Shown piece after piece: positions 51,408-51,842 of a stretch of 51,842 nt of DNA (positions within the stretch are counted from its first letter, which is position 1; each line of letters starts with the position of its first letter). Under the pieces are notes generated by a model. It was not told where the DNA came from, ran no database searches, and saw nothing but the letters and a program-made list of their open reading frames with translations. The position numbers and the translations under genes are program-made. This DNA comes from a virus (lineage: Duplodnaviria > Caudoviricetes): IMG/VR virus record IMGVR_UViG_3300012953_000044, positions 1 to 51,842 of that record; one strand, 5' to 3'.

Positions 51408-51842
51408 TTATAGGTTTTTAATTAATCTAAATTGGTAGTCATAGTCATCAACTAAAGAACAATAGAATTTATCTCCATTGTCATCAGTCTCGCAATACTC
51501 TTCTAAATCACTACCATACATTGCATCTAATTCCTTAATTTGTTCTTCATATTCTTCCTTTGTTAGCATTGTAACATCATTAACATTACATTGAATCATT
51601 ATTGCATATGCATCTTTGGTCTCCCATACTTGATAACTTCCTGAATTATCATCATAAGTGTCAAAATAGAATCCATCTCCATCAGCATCTCTTTTTATAG
51701 GTGTCCAATATTCAGTTGGCTTTTCATCAGAGTATCTGCAAACATCATCAGACACATCTCCTGCATTACTTAATACTCTTTGGTAAGCATATTTAAATGC
51801 TGATTTTTTATACTGAAACTGCTTGGTGTCTACTCCATTTTC
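51408..51842 (-). CDS. Acidic hypothetical protein, 5'-truncated by window edge
   Basis: Frame stays open upstream of track start 51755 to the window end (ENGVDTKQFQYKKSAFKYAYQRVL...). Confidence 0.65.
   Translation of the reverse strand, partial: ENGVDTKQFQYKKSAFKYAYQRVLSNAGDVSDDVCRYSDEKPTEYWTPIKRDADGDGFYFDTYDDNSGSYQVWETKDAYAIMIQCNVNDVTMLTKEEYEEQIKELDAMYGSDLEEYCETDDNGDKFYCSLVDDYDYQFRLIKNL

Noticed and set aside
1-51842. Stop-codon reassignment
   Set aside because: Very long intact ORFs and dense packing under the standard code; TAA, TAG and TGA all end genes at sensible junctions

Overview
A ~52 kb, AT-rich segment of a tailed dsDNA phage genome. It is probably a podovirus-like phage of a Bacteroidota (Flavobacteriia-like) host, judged from repeated TAnnTTTG promoter boxes, A-rich leaders without Shine-Dalgarno motifs and a VirE-N type primase-helicase. 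The + strand (1-39681) is the late/structural arm: holin end, two 2OG-Fe(II) oxygenases, fibre proteins including a 2083-aa repeat protein, a tandem GroES-like protein, terminase, portal, scaffold, major capsid protein, head-tail ring proteins, an apparently split tail muzzle/stabilisation protein, a GNAT-like protein and three probable ejection proteins ending in a 2823-aa zincin-motif giant. The - strand (39662-51842) is the replication/early arm: HNH, VRR-NUC, SF2 helicase, primase-helicase, SSB-like, exonuclease, Sak-like recombinase, two DnaA-C-like HTH proteins and many small ORFs. The most striking unexplained structure is a hidden second coding layer inside acidic linkers of head/ejection genes, none of it in the ORF track: (i) a 45-aa basic ORF with an ArfA-like KKKYNRKxKHK motif in the +1 frame of the scaffold gene; (ii) a 51-aa MPFKSQAQRRWM ORF in the +1 frame of the giant protein gene; (iii) an A10 slippery run plus stem-loop with a stop-avoiding -1 frame at the start of the same gene. 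Also seen: a candidate three-way-junction RNA, a candidate origin with inverted repeats and repeat-flanked early gene cassettes. All family assignments come from motif recognition by eye; no searches were run.
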